Shown here: piece by piece, positions 1 to 14,267 of the stretch
How positions within the stretch are numbered: the stretch's first letter is position 1
Layout of the letters: every line of letters starts with the position of its first letter
DNA from: Chrysomallon squamiferum
Lineage: Eukaryota; Animalia; Mollusca
Length of the DNA stretch: 64,000 nucleotides
Assembly (NCBI GenBank): GCA_012295275.1
Contig: CM022667.1
Coordinates: 12,958,001-13,022,000, forward strand
Direction: 5' to 3'
Made by a program: the position numbers and the translations under genes
The notes under the pieces: generated by a model
Databases searched by the model: none
Seen by the model: only the letters and a program-made list of their open reading frames with translations
Told to the model about the DNA's origin: nothing

Positions 1-400
1 AAGTTCTAAGTTCAAGACCTAAGAGTTGTGGCCTTAATTCTCCTTATAATTATTTCCCAATCTGGCTGGTTCTCCAAAAAGCTCCATCCCTGAAAATAAA
101 GTGTGCATGAAAGATATCTTGATGTTAATCAGTATCAGTATATAGACAATAACATCAGCTTTGTTTTCTCATTAACACAACCATGTCTGCCTCTTTAAAT
201 CAGTTAATAATGAAATGTTTTAAGATGTTATCAGACATTCATATGTTGATTATGAAGACTCCATATACACAGATAAATTATACACAAATTCATAAAATAA
301 AGAAATGAAAAATTTAAAAAAATACATTTTCTTTTTTTCTTTCTTTTTTTAAAAATATTTTTGTTCTGTTAATCTTACTTATTTTGTTGTTTTCTTACAG

Positions 401-473
401 TTCAAAATGTTCTCCCATGATTCCACTGGGCTTGAAGGAAACCAAGGAAGAAGACTTCAGGGTTCCATTAATG
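401..473 (+). CDS. RHPN: Rhophilin exon (SKCSPMIPLGLKETKEEDFRVPLM)
   Basis: cttacag acceptor, GTTTGT donor, start of BRO1 domain. Confidence 0.9.
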
Positions 474-3400
474 GTTTGTGACTTTTAAAAAAAAAAAAAA
501 AAACATACAACATTCTAATTATATAAATCTTATCTATATCTGTCCTTTAATGGTTTTATGATCCAAACTAATGTCTCATATCTTTGGTAGTAGACTGTTC
601 CACACACCTTGCTCCAAATAAAATATTAAATGTAACTTTTTATTATTATTTTTTTTTTTTTTTTGTAATATCATTTTTTAAATAAAAAAGTTAAAAAGAA
701 ATTTTAAGAATATAATAATAATATTGTAGCAGAAAGCTGTTATATTTAATTAAATAAAGGTATACAAACAAAGATAATCAAATAATTTACAAAGTTGATG
801 TATTTATCAGTTACATTAGATAAAGTTGCTGACTCTTGTTATTGTCATACTTTATTGTTACCAAAGGTTGATGACCACCTTCAGATAAATCTAATGAAGA
901 CCACTAATACTGCATATCTTTATTTATCTTTTATTTTTGGCTGTCTAGCACTTAATTAATTAACTATGAGGCTATAATGATTGTTGCTACAGCTACAGAA
1001 ATGTGTTTTCTTTGCAGGATGTTATCCTGGAACATTACAGTGAAGATAGTAAAGACTATGAAAAAGAAATCCAAGAATTAATGGATATCAGACAGGTAGC
1101 ATTGTTATAATATATAGATGTAATGTACACATACAACAAATAATACATATTTATTTATCTATAGAATGTGTATGTGCATGTACACAGTCACCTATGCATG
1201 CACATGCACATATTCAAACACATGTACAAAAGCATGCAGACATGCATGCACATATGTATACCATATGCTGTTGATCTTTAATTTCATGAACTAATAGGGG
1301 AAAGCACTAGTCTGAAAAATGCAAACGTCTGGGAATTTACTGAAATATTAAACTTTAGCACACATAATAGTTATATAGCTCAGTAACATAATAATGTAAG
1401 AACAATATCCAGACTTAAAAACAAATGTCGTACAGAATAACTTAATAGTATCTAGAGATAAGGTTTCAAGATTTGGTCTAGATTTCACAAACAGTACACA
1501 CAGGTCAACAGTATATGCAGACAGTGTCTATCTGTGTATATAAGTGAGCACATGCATGCATGAATGCCATTAAAGTGAATATACAAATATTCTTTAACAC
1601 ATGCTTATAAACATGCATAAATGTACCTACATAAATCTTAGAAAAACCCTAGACTAAATTCTTTTTTTTTTTAAATATATGTTTGTTTTTACCTTTTCAG
1701 GCAATCCGAACACCTTTACGAGACCCTTCAGGTGTAGAACTTTTAATTGAATATTTTAATCAACTGTATTATGTAGAAAAAAGATTTTTCCCTTCTGATA
1801 AAAGTCTACCAATTCACTTTCACTGGTAAGTTTTACACCAGTTCAACACAAATTGGTTTTGCTAATACCATATCATAATATTATGTATGGCAACTGTTTA
1901 ACAGTCCTTTCACCTGTAAATTTAATGCCCATATAACTTTAGACAAAGTTTATCAATGTGACAAATTTAGTTCATACTGCAGTAATAGTTTATTATTATT
2001 TTCTGACATGAATATGAAACTATTCTCTGTCTTACCAGGTATATATCTACATTGCATTACTACAAAAAACAACTTTATTTGAAAAATTACACCCAGCTAC
2101 CTTTTATTTCTTACAAAAAACATATTAGATTGCAAAACATTATCTAAATGCAAGTTAATGTTATAATTTACATATATAACTTAATGGTATGTTACTGACT
2201 GATTGTTTTCAGGTATGATTCATTAACTGGAGTGCCAAGTACACAAAAAGCTATTGGTTTTGAAAAAGGCAGTATTCTGTTCAACATTGGAGCCTTGTAT
2301 TCTCAGATAGCTTGTAAACAGGTAAACATTTAAAATTATTCTCTTTTTGTAAACAAGTAGACATTTCATATCAGTAGTCTTGACAGCTTGTAAACAATAA
2401 ACCTTTCTGATAGGAACTATCCTTAGTTTGTAAATATGTAGACATTTAATAAAGTGTTCTTTATAAGTTTAAATAGCAAATATTTCCATTAGAACTATCC
2501 TTGAATATATTGTAATCATGAAAACTTTTCACATTCTTAAATATTTTGTAAACACATTATTGTTTACTGTTTAATCCTGCTGTTCTGAAAGACCTGTACA
2601 CAAATACTAATTTAAAAAAAAGGAATTCTTTAATCTTAGCTTGTAAAAAAGAAAATTAATAAAATAGGATTTTTGTATTCTGAGATAGATTGTAAACAGG
2701 CAATCATTTTTTTATAGTTATAAGCAGATAAATATTGTATCCTTGTAATTATAAAGAGGTTGTAAATAAATGAACCTTTAAAACTGTATTAGGTATTTTC
2801 ATTTAACATGTAAAGTAATACGAGTGTACACTTGGGACAATGTATTTACAGATGAATAAAAGATGAAAATAACAGAATATTATTAATTATTTGTTTTACC
2901 CACAAAATAATAATGAAATACAGTGTTGTATATCTGAATTTATAATACATTTGGGGATTTACCTTTATATGACAGTTTAAAAGCTGGTGGAGTTTTGTGC
3001 CATTGTTTAAACATTCATTCATTCAGTATGAAGTTGCAGTTCCTTGACATTTTTTTTGTTCTTGTTGTTTCACAGAACCGGTTACAGCTGGATGGACTGT
3101 TGCAGTCAATGAAAAACTTCCAGAAAGCTGCTGGAACTTTCTTCCATCTACAGACACACTTCAAACATGCACCCAGCATGGACATGCAGCCACAGACTCT
3201 GAGCATGCTCAACTCACTCATGATGGTACAGTTTTAAAAACAGTTTCTGTGATGTTAGACTTTCTGTGCGTGAGTGAGAGAATGGGTGTGTGATTGTTTG
3301 TGTGTGTGTGTGTGAGTGAGTGTGTGTGAGTGTGAATGTTGAAACATTATATTTATTTATGTATTTATTTATTTATTATATTTTGATTTATTAATACATA

Positions 3401-5236
3401 ATTAATTAATGTGTCAAAGTACATAGTTATATGCTTCAGAATTATTTAGAAATATTACTTTAAACTATATAGTCTCTGATTAAGAAACATTTAAGGTTTC
3501 AATTTAAATTTTTAATTTTTTTTTTGACAATAAGATATCTGATTCAGAAATATTAAATATTATTCTGATTTTGATATATTTAAGTTATTTAAAAAAAGAA
3601 AAAATTTCTGTTTATAAACTGCATGGTACGTGTTGTGTTGTATTTCAGGCACAAGCACAGGAGTGTTTTTTGGAGAAGAAACTTCTCACAGAGAAATGTG
3701 ATGGTCTTTTACACTTCACACAGTTATCACAGGAGGCTGCTCTTGTAAGTCAACATGTCTACTTTTCAAAACAAACATATGAATAATTGTTTAATGACAT
3801 CTCCACACATTACTATAATGATGTAAATATTTTTTTCTAGTTGTTTTATTTTAAAGCTGTTACATGTCAGATACTTATTGTTTCTATAGTAATATCTTAG
3901 ATGGGAAGCCCTCTGCTGCCAGAATGAGATTTCTTATAACATTCATTTCTGTTACGGTGATTATCAAAGGAACATAATTATATTAAAACATGTTCATGCT
4001 TTCTGCAGATTAGTGGCAAATGTTATGACTGAGAGTTCATTGTGATTCTACTCAGTAATTAAATTCTCCATAACTTTATTTTATCACAAAACATTTTGTA
4101 CTTAACTAATCAAAAAAAATGGCTGCATTAATGATTAACTAAAAATTACTTTTTGATTTTGTTAAAAAAATTAACATTTATGGGCATAGTTTATCTTTAG
4201 AATTATAATGAATTAAAATATTGAGTAAATATACTGTTATATATATATTCTTTACATGTGACTATTATATATGTTTATGTTTGTATTTATGTTATTACTA
4301 TAAATTTTATTTTATTTATTGAAACTTCAGGTTTCTGAGAAATACAGAGAATGTCATAGGTCTATGACTACAGAGCCCGTCAAGAGTTATCTCCCATTAT
4401 CTTGGATCACTATGGCACAGACAAAACATTATTTTTTCAAGGGCGTGGCACACTCCAATGTGGCCAAAGCATTGATGAATCAGAAAGGTTTGTTTCAAAT
4501 GTTCATTTATTATAATAATGTTAGAACATGGAACTAAAAAAAAAATGAATTATGTACAAATTATTTTATCAGCTTCACCACTGGTTTTATTTTTTGTGTA
4601 GATTAGTGATATAATATATTGGTGTGTTTGTGTATATGCACAGAGTATGGTGTAAAAATAAATATATGTTTGTATTCTTTATATACTTTACATATGTATT
4701 TCAAGTGTATATGTGTTGGTGTAATTTATTGCATTTCAGTTTTGATTTATGTGTTCTACAATGAGCTTGTTCATGCATTTATTCATACATATACATACAA
4801 TAAGACAATATATAACATTTCAACATTACTGATGTACATAAATATAAAATTTTAAACTTCAATGCAAGATATAAAAATATAAATGTTTAAAAATGTCAAA
4901 TTTACGACACATATAAATAACTAAAATTTGTGACAGAAATGATATATATAAATATAAAATTCACAACAATAAAGATATATATAAATGTTCAAAATAAAAT
5001 TTCATATATAAAAATAAAAAGTATCCATTTTATGAAGCAAACAATATATATAAATAAACAAAGTTTCAAACAATAAATACATATATTTATATAAGTTTGA
5101 AATTTTATATTTATAAATTTGTGTATATACATACAAAATTATCAAACTTATGATGTATATAAAAATTCAATATAAATATTTAAAATAAGTGTGTGTGTGT
5201 GTGTGTGTGTGTATACATATATGTACGTGTGTATAT

Positions 5237-5279
<43 letters not shown>

Positions 5280-6944
5280 CAAAATATGAATTGCAGACAG
5301 CAGTGATATTGAGAAACTGAAAGACATGATGGAAAGTCTTCACACTGGGACCGAGATTCGAGACGAGAACAATGGATTAAAGCTTCCAGCCAATGAAGAA
5401 GACAGGAAAGTTTTAGGTGAGACAACTTTTATTAACTTATTTTAGTTTCACAGTCAAGTTAAATATAACTTTTTGTTCACAAGTCCAAAGCAGGCAGGGG
5501 TAACTCTCTTGAATTTATAGTTGAATTTGAATTTTAAATCACTAAGATAATGTATTACTGTATAGTCCATTTAGTAGCAGTTTAAGAATTTTCCTAATTA
5601 TGAATTTCAACTTTATAAATCCATGGAGGTGTTCTTAGATGTTTTGGTTTTGTTAATTTGAAGAAATGATTGTTAAATCATAAATAACATTATTATTATC
5701 TTTTTTTTTTAGTTTGCAGTGAAATTGAAATACAGTATTTGTTATTTATATAAATGTATTTTATTTATACTGAACGATCTTAATGTTTCTTATGTTATTA
5801 TATGTGCTGGGTAGAATGTTACAGATTGTTGTATATCAATAACAGGCAAAGCCCATTTACGAGAATCAGTATTAAGCCACGAAGAAGCCCTGCGGATTCA
5901 TGACTTGTGTAAGCAGTCACGGAGAATAGACTTTTTCAGAGAAATCTTACAGACTGCACATGAAAAGTAAGTTACCTTTTTTTTACTGAAACATTATTAT
6001 AAATTTAAAATGACTAAGTTTTAGATTATAGAGTTTTCAAAATTTAAATTTTATTTTGGTCGCATGAAAATAATAATAAATAATAAACACGAACTGGTGT
6101 ATAATATAATTATTTAATTGCATATATGCCATTAATAAATTAGAATCTGAAATGTTAAATTATTTTATTATTAACTGATGGTAAGTGCCAGGTATGATAG
6201 TGTTAAAGAGAAAATACATACACCAACACTCAAATACATACATTTGTATAAAATTTATGCATATACATATAAATATTGAAAATGAACACACTTATACATA
6301 TACATACATATACATGTAAAATGTATTTATTGAAATATATAAATGAAACATACATATACAGATGCAAAATTCACTTTCGCAATGTGTTACTCATTGCTAA
6401 CAGTTAACCCCTTTTTGTGCAGTGCTCTGTCAACGTTTTCGGTGTTAGAGGAAGAAGATGATTTTACAGAACTGGTAACAGTACCCAGAATACAGGGCAG
6501 ATCAGAAAACGACCTCAGCCCCATCTTACCTGAGTTTTCAAAGGTTCAAGTTAATGACATATTCTGGAGACTGGTAATTATAATTTTGTATTAAAATTTT
6601 AAATCACTGAGTTCTTGGAGAACTGGAAGTTAAGTAAAAAAACTATTTTATGAAAATATTTTCTTTGAGATTTTACTTTTGATATGCTTCCAATTTCTTT
6701 ATGGAAGAAATGTTGCTCAGTAACTTTAGAAAAGACAACAGATATACTTTTAATTGGTATGTTATTATTATTAAAATATTCAACCAAACAGTAATTGTAA
6801 TACTAAGAAATTATGTCTATAAGCACATGCAACATGGATTTTAGTGTTGAAAAATGTAATCAATTTTATTATGTTATTCAGTTTTGTTTTTCATTTGCAA
6901 AGGATTTCAAAATAAAATATGTATATATATATATAAAAAATATT

Positions 6945-6975
<31 letters not shown>

Positions 6976-8557
6976 TTTCTGGTTAGCATAACATTATAGG
7001 TTCATCCACTACACATGCCACAATTGAAAACTGATATAGAACATCAGCAAAAGTTTTTGTTCTGAGGGCTGAACTTCCTGAAATTAATACTTTTGCCACA
7101 GCAGTGTTTTAGGATGTTATTAAATATGTTAAGTTCAGATTTCAAAGATTTCCTTTGTTTTTAGAGAGATTTGTCTTTTTTTCCTTGTCATCATTATATT
7201 TTTCAAAAACCTGTTTCAATATTTTTAAAAATTTTTACATTTATTATTACCATTGTCCATAAAGAAAGTATTTATTTCAATCTTTAATTTTTTTTACATA
7301 TTGTTGTTCTGTTTTTTTCACATTTAAGCATCTGTTTGATGTTTTTTATATTTTACTCATATTTTATCTTTTATCTTACATGGCTATTTCAATTTAATTA
7401 AACTTTTTTTTTTTATATTTCTGATTCCTTGTTTAATTTTTCCAACGGTCTCTTTCAAATATTTATTTTTAATTCACATTATACATGAATTTTTAATTTA
7501 CAGAGATATTTCCATTTTTAAAATTCTCTCCATTTTTTTTTTTTTGGCCTTTATTTTGTATTGTTTTATTCTTCAGGGCCCTATTTCAATTTTCAACGCA
7601 CGCAATGAGTGGACTGCTGCAAGACTTGTCCCCCTTGAGAGAGAAGCAGGCGAGGGCTTTGGTTTCAGTGTGCGAGGAGATTCGCCAGTCATAGTGGCCG
7701 AAATAGAGCCTGACAGTGTGGCAGGGGTACTGAACTTTTTCTGTCATTTATAATTGTTTCTGAGGTTGATGTATAGTCCCAGAGTATAGAAATAAGCACT
7801 ATATTGGCTACATTGTTGGTTAATAATTTTTATGATTTGTTGTATTTTCAGTTCTTGTTAAATGTTATATTTTGATTCAATTATTTAGAAAAGTATTTTT
7901 AAATTATTAAATTTAAGTATTCTAAGGTATTGAAAATGTATATTTTTTATGCATAAGTTAGTATGAATTTTTTTTTTCAAGTTAATTTAAAAAAAAAAAT
8001 TAACAGTTTATTTTTATTTAATTATTTGCATTTAAGAATATATTTATCAATTAACATTTAAATTTTATTGTTAAAAATAATTTATTTTCATTATGTATGG
8101 TTTTAAATTTTGTTTTTTACTCATTTACCTTTTGCTTTTCTTTCATTTTTATTTATTAATTAATTAATTTATTTGTTAATTTTCACAGAGGAGTTCTATG
8201 AAGGTTGGTGATTTTGTGGTCGGAGTTGGCACAATAGACACTAAGTGGGCGAAACACGAAGAGGTTGTTCAGTACGTTCGTAAAGCAGGGAACTGCTTAC
8301 AGCTTCGCCTCATCACTCCAATGGGACAGAATTACCTCGACTCCCCAGAGATGCAGGTTAGAGCGTCCACTGTCAGCCTTCCATCATCGCCAGTCAAGTT
8401 ACACAATGGCCGATGTGGTAGTCTGTCCAGTGAAAAGACCAATCGCAGCAGGCTCAGCGCCCCCTGGATTTTCATGAGACGCAGCTCGTCGAAGGAGAAA
8501 ACGGAGAAGAAGAAAGTCGAAGGTGCAGAGGATCATGATGATATTGTGTCGAGATAA
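401..8557 (+). CDS. RHPN: Rhophilin (Rho-GTPase effector; BRO1 + PDZ), 5'-partial, 12 exons: 401-473,1018-1095,1701-1825,2213-2321,3076-3225,3649-3744,4331-4487,5297-5416,5846-5966,6423-6573,7577-7726,8189-8557
   Basis: All introns GT-AG with consistent phases giving one open frame. Rhophilin motifs: PMIPLGLKETKE, ILEHYSED, WYDSLTGVP..Q....FEKGSILFNIGALYSQI, AQAQEC, GKAHL, GPISIFNA, PDZ GFGFSVRGDSPVIV. The HR1-domain exons must lie upstream of the window. Confidence 0.93.
1018..1095 (+). CDS. RHPN: Rhophilin exon (DVILEHYSEDSKDYEKEIQELMDIRQ)
   Basis: tttgcag acceptor, GTAGCA donor, in frame. Confidence 0.9.
1701..1825 (+). CDS. RHPN: Rhophilin exon (AIRTPLRDPSGVELLIEYFNQLYYVEKRFF...FHW)
   Basis: ttttcag acceptor, GTAAGT donor. 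Confidence 0.9.
2213..2321 (+). CDS. RHPN: Rhophilin exon (YDSLTGVPSTQKAIGFEKGSILFNIGALYSQIACKQ)
   Basis: ttttcag acceptor, GTAAAC donor, conserved BRO1 motif. Confidence 0.92.
2312..2780. repeat. Degenerate ~40-bp minisatellite resembling the exon/donor junction
   Basis: ttgtaaacaggtaaacattt-like motif recurs at ~2312, 2347, 2388, 2428, 2510, 2690 and 2760. Confidence 0.55.
3076..3225 (+). CDS. RHPN: Rhophilin exon (NRLQLDG...HAPSMDMQPQTLSMLNSLMM)
   Basis: cacag acceptor, GTACAG donor; part of ORF 2995-3237. Confidence 0.9.
3649..3744 (+). CDS. RHPN: Rhophilin exon (AQAQECFLEKK...SQEAAL)
   Basis: tttcag acceptor, GTAAGT donor. Confidence 0.9.
4331..4487 (+). CDS. RHPN: Rhophilin exon (VSEKYRECH...YLPLSW...MNQK)
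   Basis: cttcag acceptor, GTTTGT donor. Confidence 0.88.
5297..5416 (+). CDS. RHPN: Rhophilin exon (DSSDIEKLKDMMESLH...EEDRKVL)
   Basis: ttgcag acceptor (the frame-preserving one of the adjacent AGs), GTGAGA donor; phase 1 at both ends. Confidence 0.82.
5846..5966 (+). CDS. RHPN: Rhophilin exon (GKAHLRESVLSHEEALRIHDLCKQSRR...)
   Basis: aacag acceptor, GTAAGT donor, conserved GKAHL..HEEALR. Confidence 0.9.
6423..6573 (+). CDS. RHPN: Rhophilin exon (ALSTFSVLEEEDDF...PEFSKVQVNDIFWRL)
   Basis: tgcag acceptor, GTAATT donor. Confidence 0.9.
7577..7726 (+). CDS. RHPN: Rhophilin exon, N-terminal half of PDZ domain
   Basis: cttcag acceptor, GTACTG donor; GPISIFNARNEW...GFGFSVRGDSPVIVAEIEPDSVAG. 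Confidence 0.92.
8189..8557 (+). CDS. RHPN: Rhophilin last coding exon (rest of PDZ and Ser/basic tail)
   Basis: cacag acceptor; RSSMKVGDFVVGVGTIDTKWAKHEEVV...DDIVSR*, TAA at 8555-8557. Confidence 0.92.
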   Translation, partial: RSSMKVGDFVVGVGTIDTKWAKHEEVVQYVRKAGNCLQLRLITPMGQNYLDSPEMQVRASTVSLPSSPVKLHNGRCGSLSSEKTNRSRLSAPWIFMRRSSSKEKTEKKKVEGAEDHDDIVSR

Positions 8558-8898
8558 AACTTACAGATTGGTTTACTTTTGATTTCGTATAAAATGGACG
8601 CAGGTTTTTGTTTTAATTTCAAGATGAAATTGGGATGAAATAACTTACAGATTGGTTTTATTTTTGATTTCGTGTAAAATGGACGCAGGAGTTTGTTTTA
8701 ATTTCAAGATGAAATTGGGATGAAATAACTTACAGATTGGTTTTATTTTTGATTTCGTGTAAAATGGACGCAGGAGTTTGTTTTAATTTCAAGATGAAAT
8801 TGGGATGAAATAACTTACAGATTGGTTTTATTTTTGATTTCATGTAAAATGGACGCAGGAGTTTGTTTTAATTTCGAGATGAAATTGGGACGAAATAC
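8553..8898. repeat. Tandem repeat, 4 copies of an 84-85 bp unit, at the start of the rhophilin 3' UTR
   Basis: ttacagattgg recurs at 8561, 8645, 8730 and 8815; copies nearly identical. Confidence 0.95.
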
Positions 8899-11800
8899 AG
8901 AATGTACCTAAGGGTTTATTTTAACTAACAAATATGTTTTAGTTGAAGTTTTATGTTTCTTAGAACAAACTCCAAAATTTATGTTATTTTCATTTAGATT
9001 TTGTTCTGCTAACAAACACCTTTATTCACACCTAACTTTTGATAATGTGTAATAAAAAAAATATATATTTCAAATACAAATTAAGGTTAACCTGATAACA
9101 AGCACAGAAATGATTTCTGTTGAATGACATAGAATTTATTTTCACTTATAAAACTATACAATAAAAAAAAAAAAAAAAACCCTGATAATTGTACTATTTA
9201 ATTTTCTGTCCGTATAAATATTATAATATTTATAAAATGTATTTCATAAAATTAAAAGTTGGTTGAAATAATCATTTTTGTATGGTGACCATTTGTTTAA
9301 CTTACTTTGCTTTTATTTTAAAATTTTAAAATCATTTATTATGTCCTTTGATATTTTTGTTTTATTTAATAAGAAATTTTATTGGTGATAAATTTATGCT
9401 TGTACTGGGACTCAGTTAACTTACATTGTTTATGTTAAATTCTTATTTTTGTTTATTTTTAAAATTACATCATTTTTAAAATTTACTTACAAATGGTTGA
9501 AGCATTTACCAACTGTGAAATACTTGTCTCACTGTTAATTTTAAACATAATTTGCATTTACATTTATTTTAATTTAAAACAAAGCAAATTTGATCAGTGG
9601 TGTATATGATATTTTTCTGAACACTGATAAGTTATCAGCATTAATATTTATTTTTAAATTAAAATAAATTTAGTTTTCTTGTTGTTACATATTACTAAGC
9701 ATTTTACTTTTAAAATTCAGTACTGCACTATTGCATTATTGTCTCCCCTTGATATTAAAGGGGAAAAAAAAAGAAAAAAGAAAAGAAAATTATTTACTAA
9801 TTAATGAACTAATCGTATTTGTTGAACTGTAAACTTTATAAACAAACATGTGAAAAATGCATAATAGTTATTTGATGTGAATGTAGTTATCACATCATTT
9901 TTAAAACAGAATTTTTTTTTTTTTTTTTATTGTTTTTTACCCAGGCTGTCCTGTATGCCATTTTCGAGCAATCACAATTTTTGTTCATTTCTTTAATTAT
10001 AGGGCAGTTTATTCATAGTGGCAAAATATAAAACTTTTTTATCTTCTTTTTTACTTTTTGTATTAATATTGCTGGAGTATTATTTTTATCTTTTCTTTTT
10101 TCAGGGATGTTTACAGTCATTAGCCTTTGTTTAATATGTAAAAAGTATAGTGGTAAATATAAAATTGAATAAATTAGACATAACTCTTTCTTTTTCTCAT
10201 TTCCACTCAATATCCATCTCTCTAAAATTAAGAACAAATATATATATATATATTTAATGATTAATATTTAGATATTTTTGGTACATCCTTCACCTTCACT
10301 CATATATATATATATATATAAAATTGAATAGTTTAAAGTAGGACAATGAAAGATGTGATATGTGGAGGAAAAGAGAAAAAGAATGCAGGATAAAAAGTTG
10401 TATTTTTTATATTATATCATAACTGCCAAGCTTATAACTAACTGTACAGCATTGACAAATTACCGTTCAAAAATACACACAATCCAGCTATTTTTCATAT
10501 TCACAGCTATGAGCCAAAATTTTACTGTAAAAGTTCAACATCCCCATTTTCACTAGTCATAATATAAATATATTCAAAAAATTATTTTAACCATTATAAT
10601 TTTAAATTTTTATTTGTAGATTGTTTAGATATCATTAGAAAAGTTATTTATAGGCATGTTATTATTTCTTTTCTTAAAAAACACATTTTTTTAAATTAAT
10701 TTGTCAGTGAGTTGTTATTATTATAATAAAGGGTTATATCAGTGATATACACATAGGTTTTTATAACAGTAGTTATATCATTATGAAAATAAATAGACTT
10801 AAGGATATAGATATAGAAATATTTGAGCTGGTCTCAAATAATTATTAAGTCGTATATTAATTATTACTATATTTTATGTGCTGCACAAATTATTATTAAC
10901 TACTTTGTTACATTATTTTTGTTGTAGTATGTTATCTGAAACATGCGTTAATTAATATGAGACATTATGCAAACATTACAATGTGATCGAAGAAATGAAG
11001 TCATCGTTTTAAATCGACTGAAATGAAAGCAGCTAGTCTTTTTAAAACACGGGTTAAGATTATTTTAAATTATTTTAATTACTCTTCAAAGGAATTTAAG
11101 TCATTTCATGTCTTTGTATTTGGGATGTGTCTTAAGACAATCTAATGAACTAAGTCACAGTTTGTTTACAACTATAGATAGATTATTTTTCACATATTTT
11201 TTATTATTTTCATACCCAGTATGCTTAGGAACATGAAAAGCATGTATTAAAGATTCTTACTTTTAAATTATTAAACATACATTTTTCTCTATCTCTCTCA
11301 CATGTACATACAAACAGCACACAAATACACACACAACAAAAACCACAGACACACTCAAAATAAACAGATATGCACAGCACAACACAGAATTGGCAATCAC
11401 AAATAATAGTAAGGACAATAATTGCTAAAAAAAAAATAAAAAAAAATGCTGTGTTTGTTAAGTAAAAGCCTAATTTTTATTTTGTATTATTTTTTTTAAT
11501 AATAAAAAAAAAATCCGAGCCAATTTTTAAATTGTTATTCTGGAACCAAAATTCAAACTTAGTAGTCAGAGCAAATTAAATGTGATGTTAATATAATCTA
11601 CTGTTATTTTTGCTGTAGATACATTATTGCTTAAAATATTTTATTTGTACCGTTACTGAAAAACGTAATTACTCTGAGCAGTTGTAATTGTGTGCCTTAT
11701 TTCTCATTCCAAGCTCCTCTGTTGTATTTGTATATATGAAGAGTTCATTTAGAAAAGGGCTTATACTTATATAATGATGTACTATATCAAAAAGTAAAAT

Positions 11801-12996
11801 AAAAAACAAACACAAAAAAAGACATGCATGCATACACAAACCGATATAGATGAAAACAAGTAGTATTTATTCTTGTTACTTTTAAAAAAAAAAATGTTTT
11901 TTTTTTTTTTTTTTTTTTAAATCACTGATTGATCTAGTCAGATTTCAGATTTCAGATGAAGAGAATATTTTTAAAAAAAACATCAGTATTTGTATCTTCA
12001 GGTTGGTTAGTGTGACATTAACTCAGATCTAGCTTTGGTCATTATAAACATATTTTTTATTTTTTTCTTTTTTTCTCACGTTTTATTGTTAAAATAGTAT
12101 CTTTAGAATTATAATATTTAACTTCCACTTATTGATTATTTCTTATCCAAAAATTCTTAACAACTGTTTTGGAATTCATAAATGTTTGGATTTCAGGAAG
12201 AGGATTTTTTTTTATTTCTGTAGTGTTTCTAATGAACATACATAGCAAGCTGGTTAACTTTGAAGTAAATACATATACAATATTAATTTCAAAAATGAAT
12301 CAGATTAATATGGAACCCAGATACATTTGTTTTAGATTTATTCAGTAACATAATGTTCATAATAATTTGTGATGAACAGAGGTTCCAGGAAAATTTGTAT
12401 GTAGATTTTATATATATAAGAAATATCTTTGTAAAACATGTAACATAAAAAATAAGCTAAATAATATCATGTACATATACAAATGAATTTTATTTTTATT
12501 TATGCAATAACATAATTTCTGAAGATTTTTTTTCAGTTTTCAGAATTAAATATAATGCATTGCTGACCATTTACCAAAATAAAATTGTTTTAATGTTTTT
12601 TTTACTAACAATATTGTGGAGAGATAGATGCCTTAAGTAAATTACAATTTTGTAAACATAATGTTTTATAAAACTGGGAAGTCTTTCTGTGAATTAGCAT
12701 AATCATGTGATTTGCAGTAATCATAATAATTTTATACTTTCATAATTAGGTAGTTGATTGTTTAAACAGGAGAAAACAATTTCTGGTTTTGTGATAATCT
12801 GGAATTATCAGGTGTCTTAAAGAAATACAAATATTTCTTGAGTTATAAATTCTTTTGCTAATATCTTTTCAATATACATATGTATATATATTTGATATAT
12901 TTCCACTTTTTCAAACTGAAAACTTAGAGGACATATTTTAGAACAAATTTTGTATAGTTACCATAGAGATTATAATAATAACTGTATATTTACTTC

Positions 12997-13048
<52 letters not shown>

Positions 13049-14234
13049 GTATATATATATTTGCTAATTCCATGTTTATACTGGTTGTGTTTTAAAATAC
13101 TTGTTTTGTACCTGTTTGTTGGAGGGGTATTTTGTAATGAGTGGTATAATAGAGTCATTGTAAAACAAAGGCCTGGTTCCCCTTAGTCATGTGACACTGC
13201 ATTCTGGGTCCCACTTTTGCCCACAAGAAATAAGATGTGTTCTGTGTAGTATGTCTTTCAGTAAAATCACTGTTCTTTGCAAAGTGTTTCTCTTTTCTTG
13301 TTCTTTGCTTCTTTTTATCTCGATGAGAAAAAAAGAAGAAAAGATAAAATAAGTCTGCTTGCCCGATTGAGGAATCTTCACTTTGTAAATTTCAGTGGAC
13401 CAAACAAACCAATCCTATTGGCTGATCCCTAAAATGAAAATACCAATGGTTAGCTCAGAATGGATCAGTGGGTTTTTTTTTTTTTTTTTTTTTTTTGAAC
13501 AATCCCTAAATTGGTAATTCCATTGATTGGCATAAAATTTATCTTTTAACACAACATAATGAAAAATTTTCATTTTAAATTCTTTTATGCAACAAACAGA
13601 ACAATTTTAATTGAAGATTTCACAGCATGCTGACAACATGTTACTGAATACACTTAAGTGAAATCAGGTCTTTAGGATGTGAGTTGGAACAGGAAATGTT
13701 ACAAAAAATTGATAAAAGAGGTTTGACCCTGTTTTATGATGACAAATAATTAAAACAAGTGTTTTGATTTGAATGGTTAATTTAATGTCATCCTTTTTTA
13801 TATAAATAATTCAAATCTGTTATTTTGATATACTAATGATTAATATCTTCATTTTTTTAATTTAACTAAAAAATTTGTTTGTTCTCATTCCTTGTGTTTT
13901 TTGTGGGTTTTTTAATATAATTGTAAATGTTATTACTATATTTTGTAATTACTAACACAATAACAATATAATTATACAGGTTAATATTTTATTCATGCAG
14001 TTAAAAATTTACAAACATGTACAATAAGTATATGTAATGCAATTTAATATCTTTATAATGAGTTTTAAAATGTTTATAGTTTTAAATGTATATTTATCTA
14101 CTGAATATAAATTTACATATTGTTGTTACATATGGCCATGATGTCAAAATATTTTTTAAATCTTAAAAATAATAATAATGTAAAATATTATTCTCATTAG
14201 AGTTATTATGATTATTATTATTATTATTATTATT

Positions 14235-14267
<33 letters not shown>

